A stretch of 64,000 bases of DNA, from contig JALNYL010000003.1 of NCBI GenBank assembly GCA_023229865.1, forward strand, positions 22,109 to 86,108, written 5' to 3'. Of the stretch, positions 19,250 to 29,433 are shown piece by piece. Made by a program: the position numbers and the translations under genes. Numbering within the stretch: the stretch's first letter is position 1; the number at the start of each line of letters is the position of its first letter. The notes below the pieces were generated by a model. It made no database searches. It had not been told where the DNA came from and saw only the letters and a program-made list of their open reading frames with translations. This DNA is from Minisyncoccota bacterium (GTDB lineage Bacteria > Patescibacteriota > Minisyncoccia > Phycocordibacterales > UBA1550).

Positions 19250-20122
19250 ATGACCAAAACAATAGCAACCATTTTAGTAGCCACGGCAGCAATCTTGGCG
19301 CCACAAGCAGCCTTTGCCCTTACCTCAGAAATGCACGTCACAAAAAACGGCGACGCTTCGATGTCACAGGCAAAAGTTATGCAGATTGCAGGGGGGACAC
19401 TTTTTGCGCGCCTCTACTGGGGAGACGCATTCATTCGCTTCACGATCAAAACTAATTCTTCAACAAAGTTTTATCGCGCGACAGGAGAAGCGACCACAAT
19501 CGCAGAAATCAAAGAAGGGGACATCCTCGACACAGTAGGAACTCTCGAAACAGGCAGTAACACCATAAACCTCATCGCCACCTCTATCAAAAACTCTTCT
19601 GTTCAAAAAGAGCAGGCAGTGCTCGCGGGGACCGTTTCAAGCGTCGACCTCTCGGCGCGACAGTTTACCATGACTTCAAAAGATCGTGGGGAAGTGACCG
19701 TCAAAGTGGGCGCAGCAACTCCTTTTACAAAAGGCAATCGCACGGTCGACATTGGCAATCTTCGTAAGGGTGATTACATTTCAAAAACATCAGGTGACTA
19801 CGATTATGCGACACGCACTCTCGTTGCAGACAAAGTAATCATCTACGTGGACCTCGGCCTTTTCAAAGCGCAAAACTTTGCAGGGAAACTCGTCGAAGCT
19901 CCTACTGTTTCAACTGACGGAACTGCAACATTAAAAATTCTCGTAGGAAGCACGACATATTCTGTACACCTCCAAAAGGGCGCAGCAGTCATGCGCGCAG
20001 ACCGCAGTGTAACGACCCTCCAGCGCTTTGTCGCAGGTGACAGTATTCGTTTCTATGGCATTCGTCGCGAAATCGATGACCCTATCATCGACGCAGAAGT
20101 TCTCCGCAATTTAAATCTCTAA
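19250..20122 (+). CDS. secreted repeat protein (signal peptide, three ~90-aa internal repeats)
   Basis: N-terminal signal (AAILAPQAAFA), repeated GD[IY]..T-G...L segments; no enzymatic motif. Confidence 0.65.
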   Translation: MTKTIATILVATAAILAPQAAFALTSEMHVTKNGDASMSQAKVMQIAGGTLFARLYWGDAFIRFTIKTNSSTKFYRATGEATTIAEIKEGDILDTVGTLETGSNTINLIATSIKNSSVQKEQAVLAGTVSSVDLSARQFTMTSKDRGEVTVKVGAATPFTKGNRTVDIGNLRKGDYISKTSGDYDYATRTLVADKVIIYVDLGLFKAQNFAGKLVEAPTVSTDGTATLKILVGSTTYSVHLQKGAAVMRADRSVTTLQRFVAGDSIRFYGIRREIDDPIIDAEVLRNLNL

Positions 20123-20152
20123 TTTTATTAATTTAATTTACCTACAAAAACT

Positions 20153-22048
20153 ATGTGTGGCATTGTCGGCATCATCACCAGTGAAAAAAGAAATCTTGTT
20201 CCCGAAATCGTATCTTCGCTCATCAACCTTGAGTATCGCGGCTACGACAGTACCGGTATTGCGATCCTCGACAAGGGGGCAATCAAGCGTGTTCGTCGCG
20301 TAGGGGCACCGAGTGACGTTTTTCCTCCTGAAGAAATTTCTAAAGAGCTCGACGTGAGTGAATCTGGTTTTTCTCTTGCGGTCGGACACAATCGCTGGGC
20401 AACACACGGCAAGCCTTCGCTCGAAAACGCGCACCCACACTTCGATTGCACCGGAGAAATCGCCGTCGTGCACAATGGCACCATCCTCAATCACGAGACT
20501 TTAAAACAAGAGCTCGTGAAGCTTGGGCACACATTCACCTCAACCACCGACACCGAGGTCATCCCTCACATGATCGAGCAAAAGATGAAGGAAGGTTTAT
20601 CACTCAAAGATGCCTTCCTCGATACCGCAGCGCTCCTCGAGGGAAGCTTTGGACTTGCTGTCATCTCAACAAAAGAACCCGGGAAACTTTTTATCGTTAA
20701 GCGCGGAAGTCCTCTTCTTTTTGGTATTTTGAAAAACACAATTATCGCAGCTTCGAGTTCAAACGCAATTCTCTCCTACACCAACACATTCATCCCACTT
20801 ACTGATTGCGAATATGCTGAGTTTGCTATCAAGGGCGACGAGGTGACCTATCGTATCGGTACCACGTTCAACAAAAACCAAACAATCAACAAACCAGTAG
20901 AAACAATCACCGATCACTCACTAGCCGATATTTCAAAGGGTGGCTATGAATCGTTTATGAAAAAAGAGATTCACGCACAACCTTCTGTTTTTCGCACGAC
21001 CATCCTCGGCCGCTACGACGAGAAGACAGGGGACGCCGTTTTGGGCGGACTCATTGACCACGAAGATACCTTAAGGAACGCAAAGGGAATCCTCACGGTC
21101 GCATGCGGGACCGCGCACAATGCGTCGCTCGTCGGTGGTGCCCTCATTGAGTCTCTCGCAGGTATTCCTGTACGAAGCGAGATTGCTTCAGAATTCCGCT
21201 ACAAAAAAGTTCCCCTCGACCCTAAAGACACTATAATCTTTGCCACAAGTCAGTCGGGCGAGACAGCAGACACCCTCGAGTCAGTGAAGGAAGCGAAGCG
21301 CAAAGGATATAAGACATTTGGTGTCATAAACGTCGTCGGCAGTGCGATTGCGGAAGAAGTCGATGCGGGCGTGTATGCGCGCGCGGGAGTTGAGGTCGGT
21401 GTTGCTTCGACAAAAGCTTTCACCGCACAGCTCGCAATATTTTATTTGCTCGCGATTAAATTTGCGCGCGAGAGGGGAATGACGGCACAAGAAGGTCGCG
21501 CCCTCATCAGTGAGCTCGAGCAGATTCCCGATCTTATGATGAAAACTCTTGCCGACACCGAAAAAAGAGTAATTGCTCTCACAGAACGCTATACGGCAAA
21601 AAATATTCGCGTGATCAATTTCCTTGGTCGCGGAATCAATGTCCCCGTAGCTACCGAAGCTGCACTCAAGTTTAAAGAGCTCACCTATCTTGAAGCGGGA
21701 AGTTATCCTCTTGGCGAACTCAAGCACGGCCCCATCGCTGTCATTGATGAAAATTCCGTCTCGGTGATCCTCATGCCGCACGACGAACTCTTTGCGCAAA
21801 ACAAAAATTCGCTTGAGCAAATCCTCTCTAAGAACGGCAACGTCATTGTCATCACTGACGAACTCGGCGCGCAAAACCTCAAAGAACAAAACGTCGACAT
21901 CATCACCATCCCTACACTCAAGCATCCGCTTTTGTATCCACTTCTTGAGATCCTTCCTCTCCAACTCTTCGCATATCACTACGCACTCGCGCTCGGCAAC
22001 AACGTCGACAAACCCCGCAACCTCGCAAAGTCAGTGACAGTGGAATAA
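20153..22048 (+). CDS. glmS: glutamine--fructose-6-phosphate aminotransferase
   Basis: MCGIVGI N-terminal nucleophile Cys, two SIS domains, C-terminal ...KSVTVE. Confidence 0.95.
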   Translation: MCGIVGIITSEKRNLVPEIVSSLINLEYRGYDSTGIAILDKGAIKRVRRVGAPSDVFPPEEISKELDVSESGFSLAVGHNRWATHGKPSLENAHPHFDCTGEIAVVHNGTILNHETLKQELVKLGHTFTSTTDTEVIPHMIEQKMKEGLSLKDAFLDTAALLEGSFGLAVISTKEPGKLFIVKRGSPLLFGILKNTIIAASSSNAILSYTNTFIPLTDCEYAEFAIKGDEVTYRIGTTFNKNQTINKPVETITDHSLADISKGGYESFMKKEIHAQPSVFRTTILGRYDEKTGDAVLGGLIDHEDTLRNAKGILTVACGTAHNASLVGGALIESLAGIPVRSEIASEFRYKKVPLDPKDTIIFATSQSGETADTLESVKEAKRKGYKTFGVINVVGSAIAEEVDAGVYARAGVEVGVASTKAFTAQLAIFYLLAIKFARERGMTAQEGRALISELEQIPDLMMKTLADTEKRVIALTERYTAKNIRVINFLGRGINVPVATEAALKFKELTYLEAGSYPLGELKHGPIAVIDENSVSVILMPHDELFAQNKNSLEQILSKNGNVIVITDELGAQNLKEQNVDIITIPTLKHPLLYPLLEILPLQLFAYHYALALGNNVDKPRNLAKSVTVE

Positions 22049-22117
22049 ACCTAGACAGCGACAGAGAGAAGAATATACTTAGAGAAGCAGCTCTTTAATT
22101 ACAGAAGGAGGTTCATC

Positions 22118-22663
22118 ATGGGAACCATCATCTTGCTCCAGAAACCGACGATGTCTTTTGACTCAGCCGTTCTTGAGCCAACAGTCACCGCAACATGGGT
22201 TACCTTTGTAAAAGAAGGTGAGACGCGCGTAAAGCACAATCTCGGCGAAGAACTCGAAAGCTTCCTCGTCTTCACCCTTATGCGCCTCGTGAGACGCACG
22301 GATATTTTTACTCCCGCACTCGGACTCGAGTACTATAAAGCCTCAACCGAATACGTGGGACGCAAAAAAGAAGAAGCTCTCGGCGAAATAGGGGACACAA
22401 GCCTTATTCTCGCAGGACTCTTCCCCGAAAGACACCGTCGGCTCAATGTTTCTTCGTCTTACTTTTCAGAGATAGGGCGTCTCGCGTTCAGAGAACTTGC
22501 TGACTCGCTCAGTGAAAGAAACCGCGTGTCGCTTGCGAAGCTTTACCACAACGTAAACAATGGTTTTATCTCTATGACCGATGTCCTCCTTGCTGCTCGT
22601 GAAAACAAGTTTAGCGAGGCAAGCCCCATCATCAAAAAGCCAGGGTTCTTGTCCTTGCAGTAG
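22118..22663 (+). CDS. hypothetical protein (181 aa)
   Basis: AGGAGG RBS 7 nt upstream; no motif recognised. Confidence 0.55.
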   Translation: MGTIILLQKPTMSFDSAVLEPTVTATWVTFVKEGETRVKHNLGEELESFLVFTLMRLVRRTDIFTPALGLEYYKASTEYVGRKKEEALGEIGDTSLILAGLFPERHRRLNVSSSYFSEIGRLAFRELADSLSERNRVSLAKLYHNVNNGFISMTDVLLAARENKFSEASPIIKKPGFLSLQ

Positions 22664-22680
22664 CACTTCTATAATTCCAA

Positions 22681-22708
22681 ACACCGCGACTTCCGCGGTG
22701 TTTTTTTT
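22681..22708 (+). terminator. rho-independent terminator
   Basis: stem acaccgcg/cgcggtgt, loop acttc, T8. Confidence 0.7.
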
Positions 22709-22746
22709 AAATTGCATATCAAATAGAATCAAAGTACTATAACAAC

Positions 22747-23595
22747 ATGAAGAAACTTTTAGCCATCACTCTCATTGCTCTTGTCGTACCACAGATTGCT
22801 TTGGCATCTTGGTGGAATCCATTTTCTTGGTTTAAGCAATCAGCACAACAAGTGCCCTCTTACACAACAGCGCAAACGCAAAAAGTTTCAACCACAAAAC
22901 CGACCACCCAGGAGACGAAATCTCTTTCAGGTTTTTACCCTGTAACAAAAGTTATCGACGGGGACACACTCAGTGTAAACATGGACGGCACCATCACCAC
23001 ACTTCGTCTCATTGGGATCAATACTCCTGAGACCGTCGACCCACGAAGACCTGTTGAATGTTTTGGAAAAGAAGCTTCAAACAAATCAAAAGAAATGCTC
23101 ACCGGTAAAAATGTGCGCGTCGTTACCGATGCATCACAAGGGACCCTCGACAAATACGGTAGAACGCTCGCGTACGTTTTCACAGAAGACGGCACCAACT
23201 TCAACGAGTATATGATCAAAGAAGGTTATGCATACGAGTACACATACAACACGCCGTATCAATATCAAAAAGAATTCAAACTCGTACAAAGCGAAGCGCA
23301 AAAATCAAAGAAGGGACTTTGGGCTGATGGCGCGTGCGGAATGAAAAATGTAACCACGCAAACGAAGTCGACAACTGCGAGCGCCGCAACAATTTTTACC
23401 GCAACGACCGTGACACCAACCCAGCCCATCATTAAAAATAGTGAGCACATTTGCTCTTATAATGCCTACAATTGCCCAAGCTTCTCAACGCACGCCGAAG
23501 CCCAGGCAGTCTACGAAGCATGCGGTGGCCCATACACTGATATTCACAAGCTCGACCAAGATAAGGACGGGAAAGCCTGCGAAACTTTGCCGTAG
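22747..23595 (+). CDS. secreted thermonuclease (SNase-like) with C-terminal Excalibur Ca-binding domain
   Basis: signal peptide; SNase core (DGDTLSV...LRLIGINTPE...RTLAYVF); C-terminal DQDKDGKACE Excalibur motif. Confidence 0.85.
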   Translation: MKKLLAITLIALVVPQIALASWWNPFSWFKQSAQQVPSYTTAQTQKVSTTKPTTQETKSLSGFYPVTKVIDGDTLSVNMDGTITTLRLIGINTPETVDPRRPVECFGKEASNKSKEMLTGKNVRVVTDASQGTLDKYGRTLAYVFTEDGTNFNEYMIKEGYAYEYTYNTPYQYQKEFKLVQSEAQKSKKGLWADGACGMKNVTTQTKSTTASAATIFTATTVTPTQPIIKNSEHICSYNAYNCPSFSTHAEAQAVYEACGGPYTDIHKLDQDKDGKACETLP

Positions 23596-23616
23596 AAATG
23601 CTAAAATAGGGGAATT

Positions 23617-24447
23617 ATGGCGAAACAGCCCAAACCTAGTCCTAAGCAAATTAAGGCCTTCCAGGCTCAAATTTGGGCCTTTTACGAGGTATCAGGGAGG
23701 CATAATTTGCCTTGGCGAAAGACCAAAAACCCTTACAAAATCCTTGTTTCTGAGGTAATGCTCCAACAAACCCAGGTTTCGCGGGTGCTCGAAAAATACC
23801 CTGAATTTTTAAAGGCTTTTCCAGCCGTCGAAACCCTGGCAAAAGCACCGCTTTCGGAAGTCCTCAAAGTCTGGCAGGGGATGGGGTACAACCGCCGCGG
23901 GCTCGCGCTCAAGCGTATGGCGGAAAAAGTTTTGACTGACCACAAAGGCAAAGTCCCACACGAACGAGGCGAGCTCGAATCACTCCCAGGCGTCGGTCCA
24001 TACACTGCGGGGGCTGTGCGCGCGTTTGCTTTTGATGAGCCAGAAATTTTTATCGAGACAAACATCCGCAGAATTTTTATCCATCATTTTTTCAAAGACA
24101 AAGAGGGAATTGGTGATCGAGAAATTTATCCACTCGTTGAGGCGACCCTTGATACAAAAAATCCTCGCGCGTGGTATTGGGCGCTCATGGACTATGGTTC
24201 ACGCTTGCCAAAAGTCGTACGCAAAAATTCAAACACCCAGAGCAAGCACTATGTGAAGCAGAGCACATTTAAAGGATCTCTCCGCGAACTCCGTGGAAAA
24301 ATAATCCGCACACTTGGAGACAAGCCGCAGACTCTTGTGTCACTCAAACGCGTATGCGACAATGACGAACGAATAAAGGAGGCTCTCGATGCACTAAGCA
24401 AAGACTCACTCATTAAATATGAAAAAAGAAAATACCAACTTGCCTAA
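23617..24447 (+). CDS. MutY-like HhH-GPD DNA glycosylase lacking Fe-S cluster and NUDIX domains
   Basis: LPWRKTKNPYKILVSEVMLQQTQV MutY-type N-terminus, HhH-GPD (LPGVGPYTAGAV); only one Cys in protein; 276 aa. Confidence 0.78.
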   Translation: MAKQPKPSPKQIKAFQAQIWAFYEVSGRHNLPWRKTKNPYKILVSEVMLQQTQVSRVLEKYPEFLKAFPAVETLAKAPLSEVLKVWQGMGYNRRGLALKRMAEKVLTDHKGKVPHERGELESLPGVGPYTAGAVRAFAFDEPEIFIETNIRRIFIHHFFKDKEGIGDREIYPLVEATLDTKNPRAWYWALMDYGSRLPKVVRKNSNTQSKHYVKQSTFKGSLRELRGKIIRTLGDKPQTLVSLKRVCDNDERIKEALDALSKDSLIKYEKRKYQLA

Positions 24448-25045
24448 CATATTGAAGGTGCTGAAAAAGCTCTATCCGCACCCAGCATGCGCACTTCACT
24501 ACACGAAGCCATTTGAGCTTCTCGTGGCAGTCATTTTGTCTGCGCAATGCACCGATAAAAAAGTAAATGAGGTTACGAAAGAACTTTTCAAGAAATACAG
24601 AACCCTCGACGACTATGCGAGCGCGAAATCCGCTACATTTGAAAAAGATATTCATGCGACAGGATTTTATCGCGCGAAGACAAAAAATATTCTTGCTGCG
24701 GCAAAAGTTTTGAAATATGATTTTGATGGGAAAATTCCAAAAACAATGGGGGAGATGATCACGATCCCCGGTGTGGGGAGAAAGACTGCCAACGTCGTTC
24801 TTGGTGAGCTCTATGGCACAGCCGAGGGAATCGCCGTCGACACGCACGTCATTCGTCTCTCAAAACTTTTTGGACTCACTACGCACACCGACGCAAAAAA
24901 GATAGAAGGGGATTTGATGCAGATAGTCCCCAAAAAAGATTGGGTGAGTTTCTCACACATGCTCATCCTCTATGGACGCGAGCATTGCACCGCGCGCTGC
25001 AAGCATACTGATTGCCCTCTCAAGAAATACGTAAACATGCTATAA
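24419..25045 (+). CDS. nth: endonuclease III
   Basis: ELLVAVILSAQCTDKKVN, HhH-GPD (IPGVGRKTANVVL), catalytic Lys/Asp; C-terminal Cys cluster is C-x3-C-x4-C (three Cys); overlaps upstream gene by 29 nt. Confidence 0.88.
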   Translation: MKKENTNLPNILKVLKKLYPHPACALHYTKPFELLVAVILSAQCTDKKVNEVTKELFKKYRTLDDYASAKSATFEKDIHATGFYRAKTKNILAAAKVLKYDFDGKIPKTMGEMITIPGVGRKTANVVLGELYGTAEGIAVDTHVIRLSKLFGLTTHTDAKKIEGDLMQIVPKKDWVSFSHMLILYGREHCTARCKHTDCPLKKYVNML

Positions 25046-25057
25046 TACAAGGACTTT

Positions 25058-26257
25058 ATGGGAAACTCAGACAATCTACTTACCAACAAAGAACTTCGTC
25101 GAGGATTCTTTGGTCTCTACTTCGGTCGTATGGCGATGGCTATCGCAAACGGCCTCATTGGTATATTCCTTCCTATTTTCCTCTACAATCTTCTTGAGGG
25201 AAATGTCTCGCTCATCATGGGATACTACGCACTCGCGGGAATCACATATGTTTTTCTTGTTGCATTTGGTGCACAGTTTTTAAATAAATTTGGATTCCGC
25301 AAGTCTCTCGTACTCGGAAGTTTCTTGGCGGCAGCAGTAAACACGGCATACTACTTCACCACAAAAGAAAATGCTCTGATGCTTCTGTCATGCGCACTCA
25401 TCTCGCTCGTACTTTTCCGTATGTTCTTTTGGATTCCATTCCACGTAGACTTCGCAGTATTTACCAATAAAGGCAAGAAGGGTGGGCAAGTAGGGCTCAT
25501 GCTCGGGACAATGACGCTCGTCGGCATCGCGGGCCCAATGATCGCAGGATACATCATTCAGAGTTGGTCGATGCAGGTACTTTTTTCTATTGCCGTCGTC
25601 GTATATCTCTTTAGTATGATTCCGTTTAGAATGGTGCCGCGCACCAACGAACGCTTCAGCTGGAGTTATACAAAAGTATGGCGTGAACTTTTTGCAAAAA
25701 AGAATAGGGGAATCGTATGGGCATCGGTGGCGGTCGGCGCCGAGGATATCATCGGCTTCACGATTTGGCCTATTTTTATTTTCGTACTTCTCAAGGGGAA
25801 TTACTTCCAGGTCGGCGCGCTCGAAAGTTTTATCGTCGGCATCACCGTGCTCTTACAATTAATGTTTGGACACTACCTCGACCGAATCGGGAAGAAGCAC
25901 AAAATGCTCAAGACAAGCAGTATCTTGTATGCCCTCGGGTGGATCGTCAAAATCTTCGTCGCGACAGCTGTGCAGGTCTTCGTCGCCGGACTTTATCATA
26001 AGATCACCAAAGTCCTTACTGACACCTCATACGATGCGATTTTCTACGAGACCGCAGCCGATCAGGGGCACTACATAGACGAGTATACCGTTTTGAGCGA
26101 AATGGCAATAAACATCGGGAGAGTCATCGGAACAGGGTCGGTGGCAGTATTGTTGATGTTCTTGAGTCTACAGTGGACATTTATCGTAGGCGCACTCGCG
26201 TCGCTCGTATTCATCACGCTTTCAGCGACACACCAGATGAACGAGAAGCGCGCATAA
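25058..26257 (+). CDS. MFS transporter
   Basis: ~12 predicted TM helices, MFS-like loop motifs. Confidence 0.82.
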   Translation: MGNSDNLLTNKELRRGFFGLYFGRMAMAIANGLIGIFLPIFLYNLLEGNVSLIMGYYALAGITYVFLVAFGAQFLNKFGFRKSLVLGSFLAAAVNTAYYFTTKENALMLLSCALISLVLFRMFFWIPFHVDFAVFTNKGKKGGQVGLMLGTMTLVGIAGPMIAGYIIQSWSMQVLFSIAVVVYLFSMIPFRMVPRTNERFSWSYTKVWRELFAKKNRGIVWASVAVGAEDIIGFTIWPIFIFVLLKGNYFQVGALESFIVGITVLLQLMFGHYLDRIGKKHKMLKTSSILYALGWIVKIFVATAVQVFVAGLYHKITKVLTDTSYDAIFYETAADQGHYIDEYTVLSEMAINIGRVIGTGSVAVLLMFLSLQWTFIVGALASLVFITLSATHQMNEKRA

Positions 26258-26440
26258 CCAATCTCGCAGCGCATTCTTAAATTACGGGAGGGGGTAGTGG
26301 GAGAGGGCCTTATTTTATTGGGTTATCGCTATATACACACGTCGCACAATATATCTTTTGCGACGTGCTCATGAACCCCGTAGGGATTGCTTGAGTATGT
26401 CGCAAAAGATCCCTGGATTGAGCCCTTTCCCGAGGAGTGT

Positions 26441-26488
26441 TCCTAGTAATCAAAAAGACCTCACTCTTGAGGTCTTTTTGATTACTAG
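26441..26488. repeat. 22-bp perfect inverted repeat (hairpin, 4-nt loop) between convergent genes
   Basis: cctagtaatcaaaaagacctca (26441-26462) pairs with tgaggtctttttgattactagg (26467-26488). Confidence 0.8.
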
Positions 26489-26504
26489 GCTTTGTTAAAT
26501 CTTA

Positions 26505-26768
26505 TTATTGAACGATTACTGCAGGTGCTGTTGATGATGCTGTCTCGCTTGATGACAATACGAGATTAATAACATTTTCTCGTAGATATTTAATCATCGG
26601 CAAAATGTAGTCCGTCACCGCACCTGTCGCAATCCCCATAACTTTCTGGAAAAGCTGATTTTGTGCCAAACCCTGGAGGTCGACATTAAAATACGCGAGC
26701 CCCGCAATGATAATAACTGCCAAAAACACGATCTGCATAAACCCGCGCTGGTGAGAATTTGTTTTCAT
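26505..26768 (-). CDS. small membrane protein (87 aa) downstream of M23 peptidase gene
   Basis: one TM helix (IVFLAVIIIAGLAYF); 21 nt after peptidase gene. Confidence 0.5.
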   Translation of the reverse strand: MKTNSHQRGFMQIVFLAVIIIAGLAYFNVDLQGLAQNQLFQKVMGIATGAVTDYILPMIKYLRENVINLVLSSSETASSTAPAVIVQ

Positions 26769-26789
26769 GGATAAATTATAGCGTATCTT

Positions 26790-28064
26790 TTACAGATAAT
26801 CCATCGGATCCAAGTACGCGTTGGTTGCCGCTACGGGCATTGTGTAGGTACGGCCACCGCAAGACTTACTTGGGAGATTCTTTACTTCAACCGCCGCTGC
26901 TGCAAAAACAGTCAGGTGCAAGTGCGGACCCGTCGAATAGCCAGTATTGCCACTGTAGCCAATAAGGTCGCTTGTGTTAATGGTCTGCCCTTTTGATACT
27001 TTTATAAGCGAAAAGTGCGCATAGAGGCTCGCGAGCCCGTTTTTGTGCTTGATGAGTACCCACTTACCATACGAAGCTCCTGCGCACGTGAGGTCTGTAT
27101 CCCCTGTGCCGATTACCGTCCCGGAGAGCATCGCCTTCACCGGAGTTCCTACCGCCGCGCGGAAGTCTGTACCATTGTGTGTCCCTGATGCATACAAACG
27201 CCCTGATGAGCTCGTCTTACCAAACTGTTGCGTGATCGTAAGTGGGTTGAGTGGCGCTGCAAAAACTTTTGTACCACGTGGTGGAATCGACGTTGGATCA
27301 AGAATAAATTTCAACGTTGATTCATACTCACGAAGTTCTTTCTCGAGTGCATCCTTGAGCGCGAGCTTGTCTTTCAAAATCTTTTGATACTGTGTCTCCT
27401 GATTTTTTGTTTGCGTGAGAAGCGTCGTCGTTTGCTTCTTGTTGTCCTCAGTGATTTTCTTTTGGTCGCCAAGCTCCTCCTTGAGGCCAAGGAGTTTTCC
27501 TTTCTCAAGTTTCTTTGCTTTGTTTTTTGCCTCGAGGTCAGACTTGAGTGCTTTGATAATCTCAACGTTTGCGGTCACGCTTGAGCTAAACATTTCGAGT
27601 GTTTCAAGATCGTTCCACAACCCCGAAAAACTCTCGTTAGAAAGTGCGATTTGTGCGAGTGATTGTTCATCACTTTCATACACTGAAAGGAGCGCTTCCT
27701 TGAGCGCGGCCTTGCGGGCACTGATTTCGTCCTCCTTGTACGAGATTTCCGAGCCGAGTTGACGAATCTTCAAATCTGTTGTATCAACTTTTGTCTGCGT
27801 GAGACGGATGTCTGCCTCGAGTTTTTTACGGGTTACCTCAAGGGCTGCGATTGCATTGCTGAGTGTTTTCTTCTTTGATGCGAGGGTCGCAATATCCCCC
27901 TGATACTGTGCGATTTCTTTCTCAAGCTTCTCAATAGCGCTCGTCTGCGAGGTGATCTTCTGCTGGAGCTCTTCGATCGTCTGCGCTTCTACGAGTGTAC
28001 TCAATCCAAAGGCGCCGAGACCTGCGGCCAACAAGACACCAAGTTGGATTAAGAAAGTTCGCAT
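26790..28064 (-). CDS. M23 family metallopeptidase with N-terminal coiled coil (EnvC/NlpD-like)
   Basis: signal peptide, long coiled coil, C-terminal HxxxD...HLH M23 motifs (HNGTDFRAAVGTP...GPHLHLTV). Confidence 0.9.
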   Translation of the reverse strand: MRTFLIQLGVLLAAGLGAFGLSTLVEAQTIEELQQKITSQTSAIEKLEKEIAQYQGDIATLASKKKTLSNAIAALEVTRKKLEADIRLTQTKVDTTDLKIRQLGSEISYKEDEISARKAALKEALLSVYESDEQSLAQIALSNESFSGLWNDLETLEMFSSSVTANVEIIKALKSDLEAKNKAKKLEKGKLLGLKEELGDQKKITEDNKKQTTTLLTQTKNQETQYQKILKDKLALKDALEKELREYESTLKFILDPTSIPPRGTKVFAAPLNPLTITQQFGKTSSSGRLYASGTHNGTDFRAAVGTPVKAMLSGTVIGTGDTDLTCAGASYGKWVLIKHKNGLASLYAHFSLIKVSKGQTINTSDLIGYSGNTGYSTGPHLHLTVFAAAAVEVKNLPSKSCGGRTYTMPVAATNAYLDPMDYL

Positions 28065-28079
28065 GCTGAAAATAATAAA

Positions 28080-29426
28080 TTACGACAACAATCGCTGCTG
28101 TGCATTTTCAATACGGCGCATTGTCGCTTCCCTACCGAGAATCCCTGCTAGCTGAAATGGGTCAGGAGACTTCTCGCGACCAGAGAGTGCATAGCGCATT
28201 GGCCAGAGCACACTCCCCCTCCCTACCTCGGTCGCATAATCCCAAACAGAGGCTTTAATGGTCTCAGGAGTAAAAAGTGCGTCATCGATACCTCCGATAA
28301 GGGTAAGAATCTTTTGTAATTTTTCTGAAGCAACCACTGGATCACGTTCGTCTTTCCACAAAAGTTGCTCTACGGGGAATGTTGGATCTTCAAAGAAATA
28401 TGCGATCTCGCCCGCTTCTGCCATCTCAGTGATTTGCCCAAAGTGTGTAATGTGCTCAACGAGGAGCGGGGTGATACGGAGAAGTTTCTCATGAGAATAT
28501 CCAGGAAGTGTTGTGATAGACGCAGGGAGTGCGCGCTCAATGTGCGCACATTGTTCTTCTACACTCAAACGTTTGATGTGTTCCTTGTTAACCCAGTCGA
28601 GCTTTTCGAGATTGAAAAATCCCGGACTCTTTTGAACACGCTCTAGTGTAAAAGCCTGCACGAGCTCTTCTTTGGTAAAGATCTCTTGCTCGGTCCCCGG
28701 GTTCCAGCCCACGAGTGCAAGGAAGTTAAGGATTGCTTCTGGTAAATATCCGCGGTCACGATAGTAGGTCAAAGGCTGTGCGCCACGACGCTTCGAAAGC
28801 TTGGCACGCTTCTCATCAACCACGAGTGGCAAGTGTGCGTAATTTGGGATTGGGTATCCAAGGGCTTCATGGAGCAAGATTTGGCGAGGAGTATTGGCGA
28901 TATGGTCTTCGCCACGCACGATGTGTGTCACCCCCATCGTCGCATCATCAACGACAACCGCGAGGTGGAAAAGTGGCTCGTGAATATTTTTTGCAATAAC
29001 AAAATCACCGAGGTCAGTAGTATCAATCTCGATTGGTCCGCGGATAATGTCGTTGAACATCACGCGCTTATTGGGATTTTTGAAACGCACAATCTCACGG
29101 ATAACCCCTGAGCCATCCTTTGCTTCTTCCTTTGAAATATACGCGTTACCCTCCGCAATAAGATACTCGAGGGCTTTGGTGTGATTTGCGACGAGCTCGC
29201 TTTGACGATGAAACTCATCATACTCGAGACCAAGCCACGCGAGAGATTCAAGAATATTTTCTTCATATTCTTTTTTAGAACGCTCGCGGTCGGTATCTTC
29301 GATGCGGACAATAAATTTACCTCCTTGCTTGCGTGCAAAAAGATACGAGAAGACCGCGGTGCGATAATTGCCTCCGTGAAGAAGTCCTGTTGGTGATGGT
29401 GCGAATCGTGTAACAATATTGGTCAT
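28080..29426 (-). CDS. gltX: glutamate--tRNA ligase
   Basis: FAPSPTGLLHGGN (HIGH-type), KLSKR (KMSKS variant). Confidence 0.93.
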   Translation of the reverse strand: MTNIVTRFAPSPTGLLHGGNYRTAVFSYLFARKQGGKFIVRIEDTDRERSKKEYEENILESLAWLGLEYDEFHRQSELVANHTKALEYLIAEGNAYISKEEAKDGSGVIREIVRFKNPNKRVMFNDIIRGPIEIDTTDLGDFVIAKNIHEPLFHLAVVVDDATMGVTHIVRGEDHIANTPRQILLHEALGYPIPNYAHLPLVVDEKRAKLSKRRGAQPLTYYRDRGYLPEAILNFLALVGWNPGTEQEIFTKEELVQAFTLERVQKSPGFFNLEKLDWVNKEHIKRLSVEEQCAHIERALPASITTLPGYSHEKLLRITPLLVEHITHFGQITEMAEAGEIAYFFEDPTFPVEQLLWKDERDPVVASEKLQKILTLIGGIDDALFTPETIKASVWDYATEVGRGSVLWPMRYALSGREKSPDPFQLAGILGREATMRRIENAQQRLLS

Positions 29427-29433
29427 ACTATTT

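Noticed and set aside
21281-21979. 232-aa minus-strand ORF
   Set aside because: Antisense within glmS, whose identity is unambiguous.
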